A DNA stretch of 28,753 nt, taken from NCBI GenBank assembly GCA_965662175.1, contig CBFIGT010000017.1:1-28753 (forward strand), given 5' to 3'. This document shows positions 28,073 to 28,753 of this stretch, one piece after another (position 1 is the stretch's first letter; every line of letters begins with the position of its first letter). Both the position numbers and the translations under genes were made by a program. This DNA is from Arcobacter sp. Its GTDB lineage: Bacteria; Campylobacterota; Campylobacteria; Campylobacterales; Arcobacteraceae. The notes beneath the pieces are model-generated. The model was not told the DNA's origin. It did no database searches and was given only the letters and a program-made list of their open reading frames with translations.

Positions 28073-28753
28073 AACATATAATTGTAAACAACTATGGTAT
28101 GTTTTTAGGTTTAAAATCTCAAAGATTAACCATAAAGCAAGATGGCTCTATAATAAATGAAGTTGCACTAAATAGAATAAAAACCATTCAAGTATTATCT
28201 CGTGGTATATCTTTATCAAGTGATTTAATAAATTCTTGTTCTAAAAGAGGTATAAAAATATTTTTCAATAGTTTTAATTCTTTTTCAGCTTTACATACTC
28301 TTTATGAACATAAATCTGTACTAGTAAGAAAAAATCAATTTGAAGTTTGTGATGATATTCGTGGTTTGGAGTTAGCAAGAAAACTAATAATTGGAAAACT
28401 AAAAAATCAAAGAGCAACTATCCTTTATAGTAGTAGAAATATAAATGATGAGAAAAAAAACAAAGTGATAGAAAACTTTGATAAATCAATACTTCAACTA
28501 AAAAATAAAACAGATATCTCAAAAGAGTTTATTTTAGGAATAGAGGGTGTTAGTGCAAGTTTTTATTTTGAGTATTTTAGGCATTTTGAACTTTTTCCTA
28601 AAAGCTTTGAGTATCGAACAAAAAGATACTCAGAAGAGATTACAAATATAGCATTAAATTATGCTTATGCAATATTATTTAATTTTATATATAAGTCATG
28701 TATAAATGCTGGACTTGAACCTTATTATGGCGTTTTACACAGTGTAAGAAGTG
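28069..28753 (+). CDS. cas1: CRISPR-associated integrase Cas1 (partial, runs off the window end)
   Basis: Not in the ORF track. Frame is open for 228 codons: MKHIIVNNYGMFLGLKSQRL...GISLSSDLI...GKLKNQ...ILGIEG (E159)...NIALNYAYAIL...AGLEPYYGVLH (H224). ATGA overlap with the upstream stop. Confidence 0.95.
   Translation, partial: MKHIIVNNYGMFLGLKSQRLTIKQDGSIINEVALNRIKTIQVLSRGISLSSDLINSCSKRGIKIFFNSFNSFSALHTLYEHKSVLVRKNQFEVCDDIRGLELARKLIIGKLKNQRATILYSSRNINDEKKNKVIENFDKSILQLKNKTDISKEFILGIEGVSASFYFEYFRHFELFPKSFEYRTKRYSEEITNIALNYAYAILFNFIYKSCINAGLEPYYGVLHSVRS

Noticed and set aside
23443..28753. Low GC as evidence of a mobile island
   Set aside because: Not quantified, and other genes here (TPR, nuclease) look similarly AT-rich. 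No integrase, transposase, tRNA or att repeat is seen.

Overview
AT-rich chromosomal window from a Campylobacterota bacterium, most likely Arcobacteraceae (inferred from gene content, gene order and TTTAGA/TTTAAG-TA(T/A)(A/C)AT promoter style). Bases 1-23273 are mostly core genes: oorDABC, a methyltransferase-YkgJ-TPR-trpC cluster, nuclease-murJ-msbA-pyrD-M16-dapA-SDR-pgsA-rseP-yggS, desulforubrerythrin with divergent perR, a Ca/Na antiporter, ybeY, a thioesterase and radA. From 23443 to the end is the start of a type II-B-like CRISPR-Cas locus. It has a compact 1257-aa Cas9 with intact RuvC/HNH residues that appears to stop before most of the PAM-interacting domain. A tightly coupled extra gene (RhuM-type DNA-binding domain fused to a PLD-like HxR domain) follows, then a cas1 that the ORF track missed and that runs off the window. 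The RhuM gene carries a perfect 10-bp inverted repeat within its N-terminal domain. No CRISPR array or tracrRNA is visible. All comparisons to named proteins are from memory, not from alignments.
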